A stretch of DNA of 64,000 nucleotides from the human T2T-CHM13v2.0 reference genome, Homo sapiens, in the NCBI RefSeq assembly GCF_009914755.1, contig NC_060926.1; one strand, given 5' to 3'. Position numbers and translations under genes: made by a program. This document shows positions 27,828 to 42,200 of this stretch, one piece after another; position 1 is the first letter of the stretch; each line of letters starts with the position of its first letter. Under the pieces are notes generated by a model. The model was not told the DNA's origin and ran no database searches. It saw only the letters and a list, made by a program, of their open reading frames with translations.

Positions 27828-30110
27828 TTATTCATTGAAACATTTATGAGTGCCCATGAGATGCCAAGCACTATTCGAAGCACTGGGAGTACCTAGAACA
27901 CAACAGACTTAGTCCTTAGACTATCCTAATTTGAACGAGGATGACAGACCATGGCCAGTCCCAGGTGTTGAGCTGTGGAGACCCTGCTGCATAACAGCAG
28001 AATTTGCTGGCATATTCTTTTATCTATACTTTATATTAAATTTGCAAATAGGAAGTGTTGCGAATGGAGTGAAAAGAAGCCTCTTGTGATTCAGAGCAGA
28101 GATAATTGTGTTCCACTGAGTTCATCTGGAATTCTGGCAATCAAGCTCATTGTTTACAACATACGAATTAATTGAATTAATTGTTCTATTTCTTTCTTTT
28201 CTTACCACAAAATGGGAATAAAAATAATTCCCGTAATTTCTTCATCCAAAAATCATGGATAGGATTCTGCACATGGGACAGGTGCCCTCAGGTGTTGAGT
28301 AGCCTCTCTCATTCTTTTCTGTCTCCCTGGGATCTCCCAGGGGGATACCTTATATTGGACACAAAATGGGGATTTGTTAGCTGTGTTGAATGCATGGGCC
28401 CAGCCTAATGGAGGAGACATTGCACCAGAGCATCACTGCTGTGAGAGCCAAGAACTGGTCTGGCCTTATTTGTAGCTGTGTCCATGGCACTGACAGTGAA
28501 GCCCAGTGCCCAGGGGCCACTTAACCATGTGTATTGAATGAGTGAAATGCAAACCCTTACAGCCTTTCACTGTATTATAAATACAACAGAGGCACCCCCA
28601 GAGAACAATGGAAGATGGGGAAAAGTGACCTGACTGGGCAGTTAGGGAAGGCTTCACTAATCCAGTTTAGCCCAGAAGGATGCCTAGGAATTGGGGACTG
28701 GGCTGTGAGAAGTGTTTGGAGTGAAAGAAACAGCCTGGGCTCAGGCAGGGATGTGGGGAAGAACGCGGAGTGTTCCCTGGGGAACGTGGCAGGAGAGACG
28801 TTGGGCATGGGAGGAGGTACCAGAAAACGAGGTATTTGAACTCTGTTGGGGTCAGGAACTTATGCCTGTAGGAAATGGACACCAGGGAGGGGTTTTCAGC
28901 AAGTCAAGGACATTCACGGATGTGTGTTTTAGAAAGATTATTCTGACAGTGAGCTGAGGCCCAACGTAAAAGACCAAAATCCGGTGCAGCGCTCCCCTTG
29001 AGAGGTGTTGAGTCCTTGAGCCAGGTAGGAACACTGGGGAGAGAACAGGTAACAGAGACATGGGTTATGGGAAAGTAGGCCATGTGGGGCAAAGTTGAAG
29101 GTGCTCACAAAACTTCTGCCTTGGACAACTGTAGGAGCAGAAGCACTGCTACCCCTTCCATCCTTCCTCTGCTCCTCAGGGAGACAGGTGCACCCTGGCC
29201 AGCCTATCCCATCACATGTCATCCTCTAACCGTCTGCCACGTGTTTGTTTATTTTGCAGCACACTTCACTACCTGACATTATGTACACTTTTGTTTACAG
29301 TCTGTCTTCCCCACTGAAATAAGGGTGGGACTTGGTTTGTGGTGCTGTAGGTGCTCCCAGAGCCTAGAATCGTGGTGGGCACCTTGTAGGCATGCATACA
29401 TATTTCAATGAATAAATGAAAGAACAAACACAGAAGAGGCACAGTGAGAGGAAAAGCAGATTTTCAGGGAAAGGTAGTTCACTTTCAGCGCTCTTGATTC
29501 TTAGATACCCGTGGGGCACACAGGTGAGAGAGGCCAATAAACAGCCACATGTCTGGAGTTTAGGAGAGAGGCCAGAGTTAAGGAGATAGATTTGGAGGTA
29601 ATTTCAGGTGCTGGGAGAGGAGGAGGAGAGAGTAGAAGGGACCAAGGCGGATGAGGCCCGGGGTAGAGAGCCAAGGACAAGAGGCAGAAACTCAGCTTAG
29701 AAGGCCTGAGTAGCGTCACACAGCTGGAAGATGGCAGTGCTGAGATTTGCATTCCAGTCCACCTGACTTCAAATAAAAAAATCAAAGCACTGGACTAAAA
29801 GATGGTTGTGAGACCACGTACTTCACATACCTGGGAGAGTGCACAGCACCAGGTGCTCAGCAGTAAATGCACACAACATATCAGTGATGGCTCTTTCCAC
29901 TGCTAAAGTTATTATCAAGGAGGTTTGGAAAGACATGCAGAATGATGTCTGAAAGCCATTTGACTTGCCAAGAGAAGGTGCATTAGTGAGGTTGGCCAGA
30001 ATAATGCCAGTGGAATGGTGGGGGCAAAGGCCAATTTGCAGTGGGTAGAAGGGTGGGTAGAAGTGGAGGAAGTTAGTATAAGAAGTGAAGACTTTTTCTT
30101 CCAGATCTTC
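27828..30110. mobile_element. Scattered degenerate L2/MIR fragments
   Basis: attcattgaaacatttatgagtgcc; ggagtttaggagagaggccagagttaaggagatagatttggag L2-like motifs. Confidence 0.5.
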
Positions 30111-30765
30111 ACTGGGAAGGCAGGGAGAAAGAAGGTGGGAACATCAGGTGAGCCAGTGCAGGAGAAGGCATTTAGTTTGTGCAGTGGCATCACTGGGTCT
30201 GCTGCTGCCTCTTGGTCAGGGGCTAAGACTGTCCCCTCACTGCCTTGCCCTCAACAGGCTGTCGAAAGCCACCCTTGTCTGTTAGGGGAACGCCGATGTT
30301 CCAGCATAGATGTCCCTAGGTAACGGGGAGAGGTCACATCTGGTGACTTCTCCTCAGAGATCTTTCCACTCGTGGCATGGCTCTCTGCAGTGGAAGATTT
30401 TGAATGTTGTTTTCTTGCAATGATACTTCTCCTTTCCATGTGTGATAGATTCTGAGACTTCAAAATGCCATTACTGTCACACCCCGCAGATTCGATTTTG
30501 TGACCCACTAACAGGACTCAAACTTTGGTGTGTGAAGCTCCAGGTTTCAAGGCCTTCTGAGATCCTGGGGTGAAAAACGCATCAGAGATGCAAGTCATTT
30601 TTCCTGATTTATATGTAAATACAGTCTCATTTTAAATTCTTTTAGCAAAGGCCAAAGCTTTTGATGGATGAGTATAAATTGCCATGAAAGAGCCCCTCTG
30701 TTCATCATTAAGCACCCCCATGAGCTGACTGATAACAAGCAGCAAAATGGGGATGAGACCATTCA

Positions 30766-31000
30766 GAGTGGGCTGCCCATGTGTGTCCAGAGGGCTGTGG
30801 CCACTGCGTTTGGAGTGGGCTGCCCACGTGTGTCCAGAGGGCTGTGGCCATTGCGTTTGGAATGGGCTGCCCATGTGTGTCCAGAGGGCTGTGGCCACTG
30901 CGTTTGGAGTGGGCTGCCCATGTGTGTCCAGAGGGCTGTGGCCATTGCATTTGGAATGGGCTGCCCATGTGTGTCCAGAGGGCTGTGGCCACTGCATCTG
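30766..31000 (+). repeat. Minisatellite, 5 x 47 bp (ga[g/a]tgggctgcccatgtgtgtccagagggctgtggcca[c/t]tgcgtttg)
   Basis: Units start at 30766, 30813, 30860, 30907 and 30954. Confidence 0.97.
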
Positions 31001-32340
31001 GCCTGCTCCAGGGTGCGTTATGGAGTCTGGATGACCGGGGCTTTCTGATACCCTCATCTGGAACAGGGTTGCCCTCCCCCGCCCCATAGCTGCCTTGCCG
31101 ATTCCTAAGTTTGGGGCAGCTTCATGATTTTTCTGTCAGTAAGAACCAGCGGTGGGAAGGAGACACGGCAGCAAATGCTGTGTCCAGGGAGCCTGTGCCT
31201 GCTTTTTATGCTCCAGCTTCCACGGGCAGTTCCTGGCTGGCCCAGATGAGACCTAAAGTGAGAGCCGTTATTCCCACCTGCTCTGCCTGGCATCCTGCAC
31301 AGGGCACATTCCATGCTTGACTGTATGATGGTTTCCACCTATGTCCATAATCCACAGGCTTCGTGGTGTCCCTGGAGATGGCCACTTGGCTCACTGACTA
31401 CATAATGACAGGAGAAATCTTAAGTCTGAAATTTTAAATTCCCTTTGAAAACTCCCCTCCCTAGCACCCCTCATGTTACTGTGATTGCAGATTTCACCCT
31501 CACTAGCCAATCCAGAGCCCTCAGAGCTGAACGATAGGGGAAGTTGCCGGAGGGCATCTGTGAATTATAATTAATCCTCCCTGGGAGCCTGGTCTAGGGC
31601 AGCCCAGCTGTGCTGTCCTCCAACATTTTCTGAATAAATAAAGATTGTTCTCCAGGGCAAATCCTTTGGCCCAGAAAGATCAAAAAGGCTCTCTCACCCA
31701 TAACCTTGACTGCTTTGGAAAATCTGGAGGTAGAAAATATTTTTAAGCTGAAAGCAGCTCTAAAGGAGGCCGTGGAAAGTTACCCACACCACTGGCTGCA
31801 CACGTTTCCTTCTCAAAGCCGTGACTGGCAAGGAAGCTGGAGCCTATGGCCTTCAGGGGTGGGGAATTGAGTGCTCTGCTCCGGGAGAAAGAGAGCGTTA
31901 GGAAAATGCACACAGGGAGGCAGGCATGGGCGAGGCTGGATGAGGTGGAATTAGGAGAAGGAAGAGAAGAGATCATTTGCTGTTGAGAACATTCTGTTGG
32001 GTTGTGACTTTGACACTATACATGCAGGAAGATGTTAGCTGGGGAGACAGAGGAAAGTGTCTTTCAGTTATCAGTTATGTAAAATAAACTCAGAATATAT
32101 ACGGCTGTTATCTGTGTCCCAGATAGTAAATGAACCAATTGTCATTCTTCAATTGTAACTTTTTTTTTTTTACAGTCCATTAACGGGAGGTGTGAGGCAT
32201 TACACCCTAACTGACTAGTCGGCCTTTCCAATTCCACTAGTAAAAACTTTAGTCTGTTTTGCTGATATTCAGGTCTGTTGGGAAGACTAGCTCCCTAGTG
32301 GCTGTGAACTGTTCTCCAGTGGAACAAGATCTACTGATGT

Positions 32341-33093
32341 TGAGACAGGAAATTTTCCCTGACCCCTTCATGGGACTTGCAAAGAGGGTGGCTTGTTTAC
32401 TCAGCCCGTGGCTCTCAGCCCCTCTCGGGAGAGGGAGCACGCAGGTGAGTGGGTGCAGGGGCCAAGATGAGTACTTCTGGGTGCCGGCAGGAGCAGAACT
32501 CTGTGTGGCCCCAAGGCAGCTTCTAGAGGAGTACCCACAACCCCTGGAGCCCCAGAGGGCGTGTGTTACCGTGCTCCTTTAGTGTTGCTGTCCACAGATG
32601 GCTAAGTGTTTAACTCCTTGGTGTGACAGCCCGCTGTATCCCTAGCTCTTGTTCAGCATGCAGGAAGAATCAGGTCACACGAACAAATTGAAGATGGTAA
32701 ATACAGGGAATTTTATTGCTGATGAAAGTGACTCTCAGCAGGATGGAGAGCTAGAAAGGGGATGGAGTGGGAAGGTGGTCTTCCCCTGGGGTTCAGCCAT
32801 CACTGGCCACACTCTTCTCTGAGGTCCCGCCATCAAGCCATCCCCCTGAAGTCAAGCTGCTTCTCAACGACGTCAGGCTGCTGCTTCTCTTTTCTCCATC
32901 TCTGCTACTCCACTGCCAGTGGAGCCTGGAGTTTTTATGGGTACAGGATGGGGGGGTGGTGTGGGCCAGAGTGGTTTTGAAAAAGGCAACATTCGAGAAG
33001 GAAAACAGGAATGTGGGTCCAGGCTTGAGAGTGGGGCCCTCACTGGGGACTGCTGCCTTCTACCCAGTATTTCCCTGCCTCCTGTCCATATCA
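32341..33093 (-). mobile_element. ERV1 solo LTR (MER50/MER52-like)
   Basis: TG...CA termini; reverse complement begins tgatatggacaggaggcagggaaatactgggtagaag; ~750 bp. Confidence 0.75.
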
Positions 33094-33724
33094 GTGGGCA
33101 GGAAGTTAACAAGTCTGGGGTGTGCACTGGTGATGTTACCATCACACAGAAGTGATGTGTGCACATTCAGACCATGCCGTCCTCAGACAGCACTGCAGTG
33201 ATGGTTTAGCATCTGGAAGTGGGACCCCTGATGGGCCTCCAGGGCATGTGGCCAGAGTGAAGCTGAAATCCCAGAGGCAGTGAGAGGATGACAAAGAGAA
33301 AATGAAGCCCTTCATTACTGTGCCACGTTTATCTAGGGGTTAGATGGGGCTTTAAGGAGAGAATCCTGCTCAGAAACACCAGTCACTGGAGGAAACTGAA
33401 AGAAGGGGGAAAATATCCCCAAACTCTATTTTCTAAGAAGTCTTCTGTCTCATGTCCTGATGTTCAGGAATGGGAAGGTGGGTGTCAACTCTGGGGATCC
33501 CTGAGGTGACAAAAACTTAGAACCAGGCTGTCTTTTCATTCTGAAGCTAAAGGCACCCTCCTCGCTGGAGATTCGGCTGGGCAGATGCCAGCACTCTCCT
33601 GCCTCTACATTTGTCTTTGTTCCCAACCATGAATTCTACCCAAGCACCCTAAACAGATCTGGGGACAGATTTGCCCTCCCTGTCTGGAGGAAGAAAACGG
33701 AGTGTAGAGGGCTTAGCAGGGGCC

Positions 33725-34100
33725 ACTCAGGAAGCAGAATCCAATTCATTCAGCACAAGTGAAGAAACGTTAATGAAGGAACTCTTTGCAGAAGTGAAGG
33801 TCAGTCTAAGGCAGTCCGTGGGATATTGCAGGACCCCAGGACAAGCAATAGCAGGAAGCTGTTATCATCCCCAGACTTAAAGGGGCAAGGGAAGGAAAGC
33901 GTGTTCCTGGAGCCCTAGAGAGAAAGAGCAGGGAGTGGGCAGGACACCAATACCCCGGCTTCCTCCTGCCTTCTGAGCTTGGCGCGTGCCTCAAGACAGC
34001 AAAAATTAGGGAGATAGGGTGGTGTGTTCCCTGGGGGCCAGCCTCTGGGGGTACAGAGCAGGGCAAGGAAGGGCAGAGAGCAAGGGGGATGCGTGAGTGG
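33725..34100. mobile_element. Ancient ERVL-type LTR fragment (LTR33/LTR16-like)
   Basis: gcaatagcaggaagctgttatcatccccagacttaaaggggcaagggaagg motif; weak recognition. Confidence 0.35.
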
Positions 34101-36631
34101 GGGCGGAATAGCCAGCCCAGAGGAGTGGATGTCTTGAAAAGTTTTCTTAAAGACTCAGAATTCATTTGCACACCAGTCTCGTGTGAGATGTTTGTGTAAA
34201 GTAGGTGGCTGGTAGTGGTTCATACGTCAAGGCAGTGCCACGAAAGTGGCTCCCAAGTGTGGCTTTTGTTCATCTCCGGAGTAGCGGGAAATGAATAACT
34301 GTATCAGGAACGCGAAATTACAAATCCCAAGCTTTGGTGATTTCCAGATATAAATATGTAACACACTTCAAATTTTTCTCTCTTTGTTTGTTTGTGTGTT
34401 TTTTCCTAAAAGAGCAATAAGGGAATATTTCCTGAGATGACGTTGCAGGTTTACTTTCAAGATAGGGAAATAGTTTTGGATTTTTTTGTTTTTCTGTTTG
34501 GAATATAGTATATGTTTATTAGATTCCTTTGCTGCCACAAAGAAAAGAAAGAGAGAGAGAGAAAAAAAACACACAAGTTTATTTTCAGCAAAGCTTTGAG
34601 GTAGCTATTTGTTAATGTTTGACTGGAGGTTTTGCTTTCAGGGTGATTAACTGTTCTCCACACCCCGGTGCTGCCCTGGGGTCAGGGAGGGGAAGGAATG
34701 TTTCCTGGTTCGGGGATCTGTCTGTGGAAGTGTTTCTTGTGCCTCTTAGCCATTCGCACGGCACAAAGCGCTACCAGCTGGGATGAGGCTGAGGCCAGAC
34801 CGCTCACCAGGCCTGTGCCGGGCTCAGGAAGCAGCGCCTGGAGAGGGAGGTGGAAACTGCACTGGGGTTTTGGGATGCGTGTTACTGGCTGTGTGTTTTC
34901 ACGAGTTATGCTATGCCCTGGGGAGGCGGGGGAAAACCTCACAAAGCACTCCTCTACATCCCTTTGGTTTTTAAGGCAAGGCTAAGTGCCTAAGACTACT
35001 GGAAAGGAAGGGGATCAAAACCCCCTTAAGCCTTGGCCGGCCAGGCAGCACTGCCAGCTTTCCCTTGAGCCCCCGCCCAGATGTGCCGTACTTGATAGCA
35101 GCTCACAAGAAGACCTTGCTGCTTCTTCAGGGCTCATGCAGGAAATTCCACTTAGAGCTTCACTTCTTTAGCACAATATTTGCCTTCTGTTAAAGTGCAA
35201 ATGCCCTGGGAAGGAAGGCACTAATTCGTTTGCCATGGGCCACTCGCTCCCCGCCCCGGAGATGCTGGGCAGGAGTTTGCCACTCCTGATTTCTATTTTC
35301 CTGTAAGCTCTTTTCTCATTCTCTCTCCAGTCCATTTTTCAAAGGGATGCAGAGTCTGGATACTTTCTGGGTGGATGAAATCCCTCTAAATCTAAATGAG
35401 CGGGGAGAGAGTGAGTTCCCAAACGCTTCAGGTTAGCCCTGTCCTGTTCACCAAGGTTTTAAAGGGAGTTGAATTATTCACAGAGACAGTTTGCAAATGT
35501 CCCGGTCTTTTAATTAAGTGTCCTAGAAAGGGGAAAGGTCAGCACCTGTCTGAACCTACACACATTCCTTTGATTAGAGCAGTGACAGACTTTACATGGC
35601 CTTAAGGACAAACGTGGACAAAGAAGCATGTTGGAGCTGCTGTTACGACAATTAGGGGATTGTATATGCTGGAGTTCAATGATTTAGGGCAGGAAAAGTA
35701 TTTAGTAGTGGGTGTTTTTAACAAGATTTTGAGCCAAAGATTAGTTCTAGTTAATTTGTAGAAATGTGTTCTGTACCTAGTGTAGAAGTATGCTGCTTGT
35801 TACATGGAAAATTTTAAAGCATCAAACCTTTAGTCATTTCACTATCTCCACCACCATGTCCAAGAGCATGACCTTGAAATTAAGTCACGAAATGAAAAGA
35901 GGGTCACACCATTTGGGGCCCTCGTCCATATCACCGAGATTGAATCTGACAAGGAGGTGAATTGGATTATCTGAATTTTGTAGACAAGGCTAAATCAAAT
36001 TACTTAGCACACAGCATCCCTCCTGCTGGTGTCATTGCTCGTGGGACTTCCTCACTGAAACTGGTGGGCGGCTATTCTTGTGTGCCTGAGTCTAAACATA
36101 TGTTGGCTTATTTGTTTGAGAGCTAGCCTTTCCTGCTGTCTCTCTATTCCCTCTGACTTTCATCACCCATGGGTTTCTTTTTAGACCTCGGTAGTTTGCA
36201 TGTATTTTGTGTGCATGTATAGGCGAGGTATGGCAGAAAAGAAATGGAGTTGGGAGACGTTCTTTGACGTTAACTGTACGGCACCCCGAAGTCTTTGGCA
36301 AAATTCAAAACCAGCAGGATGTCATCTTTCTGGAACAAAGTTGTCAATATTCTGGCTGAAGGGATGGCACCTCTAGCTGCCCTGGGGAGATGTCTTTTCA
36401 TCCTGGGAAGCCTATGTTCTGTTTCTGTGGGATGAACCATTATACTGAAGCTGGCCATTGTGCTTCATCTGTGGTATAGTTCAACTGACTGTGCCATGAT
36501 GCAAATGAATCATCATGTAGGCCATGGTGAATAATTCCTTCCATAAAGTCCCATGCTGTGGAATCAACCAGAAATGAATTCTTGCCAATAGTAATAACAG
36601 TTGGAAACAAAGCAGAGTAAACATGAATTAC

Positions 36632-36937
36632 TTTTTTTTTTTTTTTTTTTTTTTGAAACAAAGTCTCACTCTATCACCCAGGCTGGAGTGCAGTGGTATG
36701 ATCTCGGCTCACTGCAACTTCCGCCTTCCAGGTTTAAGTAATTCTTGTGCCTCGCCTCCTGAGTAGCTGGGATTACAGGCGCACGGCACCACACCCAGCT
36801 AATTTTTGTGTTTTTTTAGTAGAGACAGGGTTTTGCCATGTTGGCCAGGCTGGTCTCAAACTCCTGGCCTCAAGGGATTCACCCGCCTCAGCCACCAAAA
36901 GTGCTGGGATTACAAGTGTGAGTCACCGTTCACAGCC
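36632..36937 (-). mobile_element. Alu (AluS-like)
   Basis: Antisense Alu; 16-bp TSD aacatgaattactttt at 36620-36635 and 36938-36953. Confidence 0.95.
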
Positions 36938-39229
36938 AACATGAATTACTTTTACAATGTTCTTTAGTATCTGTCCTTGTCCTTTCCAGTGAACTTACAG
37001 GCGTATGAATGACTTGAAGGGGAGTGATACTTGTAACCATTTAGAAAGACATTTTCTTAGGCGTCATTTGCAGTGCTAAGAATGAATGCCATAGCATTGC
37101 TACCATTCACTGTCACCCAGGCAGGGGGAAGCTCTTCACAGAGTGAATGGCTATTCTCTATCAGAAGAATTGGGAAGTGAGTGATAACTATAGAAAAAAA
37201 GAGTTATCTGATTATTTTAGGCAACTCACCTCCCAGATTTATACCTTTAAACCCATTCTGAAAATGTAGAAAGCTATCTCCTCGGTTAGCTTCTGGCTAA
37301 GAAATTGAGAGAATCAATATTTGGAATCTAGAGACGAAAGAGGGCTAGTTAAATAAATTACGTGACTCTACTCATTCAGAATTTTAAAAAGGAACTTTAA
37401 ATGTATCTAGGCATAGGTTCTAAGAAATGACTTCTCATACTAATGAAATCTAAGAGGGAGAAATGCCTTCCCAGAATCGATGTGGACATCTTTACGGAAT
37501 CAGGTTTTTATTCGTCTGGAGACAGAGAGACTGTCTCGTGGTCTCAGTGACCAAAGTATCCTCCCAGCCAGCTGGTCTTTGACATGAACACTGGTGACCT
37601 GAAGCAAGGTGGCTTTTCCGTAAAGGCTTTAAACTTTATGGAAAAGTGAGGTTTTTAAGTAACAGTTGATTTAGCATGGCAGGCTCCAGATTCTGAAGAC
37701 TCTAAATTCTATCCATTATTAGAACACTTTACACAGTCTTCCATTGAAGAAATGACTGTAGGAAGCTGTGCTTGGGCATCCCACTGGAGTATGAAGATGG
37801 AAAAACTGTGCTACTCATGTTCTCAGTTGTGGCTGGTGCATTTCTCTCATCTTGTGGGAACTGCCAGCAAGGGTAGCAGGCTTGCATCCTGGCCTTATAC
37901 ATACATCCTAACAGTTTCTCCAAGAGTGTAGATTAGCCCCTCCTAAACAGAAATAGGGAACTAGGAAGTGGTAGAGATTATTTAGTTTGTTGCCTTACTT
38001 TGCATATGCAGAAACTGAGGCCCAAGAAGGCTGAGCAATTGCCCAAAGTCCCATAGCCAGGTGGGCAGCACCCAATCCTGTTTCTCCTGCCTCCTAGTCC
38101 AGCTCCTTCCTCTGAGGTCATTTCAAGCCACAGTAGGCCATTTTGAACCTTGCATTAGAAAGAATGCTTAGGTTTCTCCTCTGGGTGAAAGCTCAGGAAT
38201 AAGCAGGTGACATTCACCACCCACCAGTGATGGTGAATTCTCTTTGATGTACTGATTGCCTCAGCAAATGTGCAAGTTCCACAAGTAGGGAGGGACCCAA
38301 GCAAAGTTTGGCTAAATGTGAGCATCGTAAACAAAAGAATATAGTTCACCATCCATTTTTGTCCGTGGCTGCAGAGGCTACAAGCAACGCAGGTCTGAAG
38401 ATTTCCCACAGTCCCTGTAAGAGACCTTAACCCCTCAGCTTATTTATTCTCCACTTCTGAGGACGTGGCTCTTAAGTTTTCATCTCTGAGGTTATAAACC
38501 GTATTTCCGCTTATTTTAATGAACCTAAAAAGCATCTCCAAACAGGTCCAAATGATAGATGGCTACAACAGAACCCAGTCATATCAGGGCACCATGGAAA
38601 TGAGCCCACTTATTTCCAGAACCCAAACTGTATTGAACATGAATAATAACCCAAGAGCAAATGATGTGCAGACTGCCTGAAATTATTTAAATTTTTATAG
38701 CCAACTGCCTCATAAATTAGAGACTTTCTTAAGAGGAGGCCTGCAAATGAACTCATAAAGTATGCATTGAATATTTTATTTATGATATAACTATAGCATG
38801 GCAAATACATAGCTATAGCTATATAGCTATATCACTGCAAAAAGGTGGCATCAAAATGTCTGGGCAAACACTTTATATTGGACTTTGTGTCATGGAGAAG
38901 AAGAGCATTTGATGGTCTGAAAAGAGGAGACACTTGAGAATTATTTTGCTAGGCACTCCAATTGGGATGGAGGACTAATTTCTTTAAGAGACTCAAGAAT
39001 TATAATAAGTTTATGGTTAAGAAAGAAAAAAGAAATGAGTAAAAATCTAGGATGGAAAATCCCCAGTTTCGGCAGTGTAGCAATTTGGAGAAAAAGTCCT
39101 ATGTGGTTTATCTTTTGATTTGTAGATGGATTCGGAAGCTCCTGTACTCATTCAGTCATTCAGTCCACTACAGTATATGCAAAATATTATGAGTGGTTAT
39201 GTAGAGCAAACCAAAAACATTTTTACCTT

Positions 39230-42200
39230 AAAAAAAAGATTTGTAGAAGTATAATTTGTACCCTCATGAAGGTTACCTATTTCAACTCAATGACTTCTAA
39301 TAAAATTGACAAGAGTTTTCAACTTACTACTACAATCCAGTTTTAGAACGTTATCTTCCTCCTAACAAGATCCCTCATGCCCATTTGCAGTCACTCTCTG
39401 TTCACACTCTCAGCTCTGGATAACCACTAATCAATTTGTCTCTATATATTTGCCTTTTCTATGCATTTTATAAATAAACGGCTGGATAATATTCCATTGT
39501 ATGGATATACCACATTTTGTTTATTCATTCCCCAGTTAATGGACATTTGAATTATTTCTACTTTTTTATTATTATGAATAATGCTGATATGAATCCTCAT
39601 ATACAGGTCTTTTTATAGTTATAAATTTTCATTTCTCTTGATGAGGTATATGAAATGAAATTTTCATTTCTCTTGACGGGTCAGATGGTAAGTTTGTTTA
39701 ATTTTTTAAGAAACTGCCAAACTTTGTTCCAAAGTGTCAAAAATCAATTGACTATAAATATAAGGATTTACTTCTGGACTCAGTACTGTTTCACTAATCC
39801 ATATCACTATCCTATGTCAGTACCACAATTTCTTGATGACTGTAGGTATAGGAAGTTTCAAAAGAAAAAAAAAAAAGCAAGTCCTCCAAATTTGTTCTTT
39901 TTCAACATTTTTTGGGGGGTCATCTGTGTCCTCTGCATTTATATGTAAATTTTAGATTCAACTTCTCAATTTCTGCAACAACAACAAAAAGAAAATCCAA
40001 AAACAAGCAAACAAAAAGCTTGCTGGGATTTTAATATAAATTATAATGTCTATATATCAGTTTAGGAACAAATGACTATCTTAATAATATCAAGTCTTCC
40101 AATCCATGAACATGGTATGTCACTCTACTTATTAGATCTTTGATTTCTCTCAATGATATTTTTTAGTTTTGAGTGTATAAGTCTTCCACTTATTTTGATA
40201 AATTTATTCCTAAATATATTCTTTTTTGATGCTATTATAAATGATTTTTTTCTTAATTTCATTTTCAGAGTGCTCATTGCTAATACATAGAAATACAGTT
40301 GATTTTTTCAGTACACTTATCTTGTAACATGACACCTTGCTGAACTTGTTAATTAATTCTAGTAGTTTTTGGGTGACTTCCCCGGAGTTTTCACATACAG
40401 AATCATGTCATTTATGAATAAAGACAGTTTTACTTGTTCCAATCTGGAGACACCTATTTATTTATTTATGCCTGACTGTACTGGCTAGAACCTCAAATAC
40501 AATGTTGAATAGAAGTGGTGAGAGTGCCTTACTTTGTTTCTGATCTTAAGGGTAAGTCATCTAGTTTTTCTAAATTAGGTATCATGTTTACTGTAGGCTT
40601 TTCATAGATGTCTTTTCTCAAATTGAGAATGTTTTCTTCTATTCCTGGTTTGTTGAGTTTTTATCATAAAAGGGTGTTGGATTTTGTCAAATACTCTTTC
40701 TCCTTGCATTGAAATAACCATATGGTTTTATCCTTTATCCTATTAATATGGTATATTACATTAATTGTTATCTTTTGTTCTATTAATATGGGTGTTAAAC
40801 CAGTGTTGCATTCCAGGGACAAATCCGACTTGGCCATTGTATATAATCCTTCTTATACAATACTGGATTTATTTGCTATATTTTCTTATGGATTTTGTGT
40901 CTACATTCATGGGGAATATAGGTCTATAGTGTCCTTTTCTTGTGATATATTTGTCTGGTTTGGTGTTGGGTTAGTGATTCCCCTTCTCTTTTCTATATCA
41001 ATGATCTTCCTAGTAATTTCTAGTTCCCTATGGCTTCTCTTTTCAGTTCTCCAGCCAGAAATCTGGGTTTATTAATATATACCCAGCTCAGTGGCTTCTA
41101 TTTATTGTGTTTGCATCTGGAGCCAAACAGAGGGTGGAGAGCGAAAGGGAGAGAGAGAGAGAACAATGGGATTTCACTCCACCTTCTCAAAATCACAATG
41201 CCACTAATTAGACAGGAAGATTTAGCCTCCTTTAGAGTTTTAGGCTCAAAACATTGCTGCACTGCCACAGGATTGCTTGGTGACTGAGGTGTGAGAATGG
41301 AGAATAAAAAGAGGGGAAAATTTTTGTATTCTTTCTGAGTGTTAGGATTTCCTTTTTCCATTTATTAAGCTAGAACTCTAGGATTCTCCTAGAGCTCTCT
41401 CTGTCTGGACCCTTGTGCCTATTTCTGGGTTTTGGACCACGCCAAGAGACACTGGAGAGAACAAATGGTAAACCCACCACTAGCTTGGTGGTACTTTGAG
41501 TTCTTATCTTCTTTTCCGACCCTTTTACCACTACATGTTTGCTTTTCAGAATCCTTAAATAGATTTTACTTAGAACTCAAGCTCTTTCTCTGCTATGTTA
41601 TTTCATTTTTCTAGTAATTCATTTTAATATATTTTACAAGAACATTTGTCCTCAAATTGATTGGGAATTAAAAATAATGACTATTCTGGATGATGGAATG
41701 AAGGCTACAGGGGATTTTGAAGGGAGAGATGAATGGGGATTGGATATTTCTGTTAACAGTCATCAAGCATAAAAAAATGGAACTTTAGAGTTGGACTTTA
41801 CAAGTCAAAATGATGCTAATAGTTTCTGCATGTAGTAGACATAGCCATGACATTTACTCCAACTTTGATTCATGTAGTGCCATTTGGAAATAACAAAACA
41901 ATCTTTTCCTTTCTTTTTCTGAAATTTCCTGGGGGTGACATTGTTCCAGAAAGGTTATAACTGAGCTGGTCTTTGAAGAAATTATCTGCAACAGGAAAAG
42001 GACCTTGTTCGTTTTTAAAGATCCTTTTTCTCTGCGTTCTTCCAATTGGATACATTCTATTGTTTTGTCTTAGAGTACATGGTCTTTTTCTTCTGTTATA
42101 TCAATTCTATCATTTCTGCTACTGAGTCCTTCCAGATATTATATATTTCACTTCTAAAATTTCCATTTTAATTTAATAGTTTCTATTTCTCTGCTGAAAC

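Noticed and set aside
30632-31089. Overlapping repetitive ORFs on both strands and a superficially CRISPR-like repeat
   Set aside because: Units are head-to-tail with no unique spacers or cas genes. The ORFs arise because the GC-rich 47-bp unit lacks stop codons.
34100-35300. GC-richer stretch with GC boxes as a possible internal promoter or CpG island
   Set aside because: CpG density looks too low by eye and there is no clear core promoter; unsupported without chromatin data.
38809-38832. (ATAGCT)n self-complementary run
   Set aside because: Short simple repeat whose symmetry follows from the unit itself.
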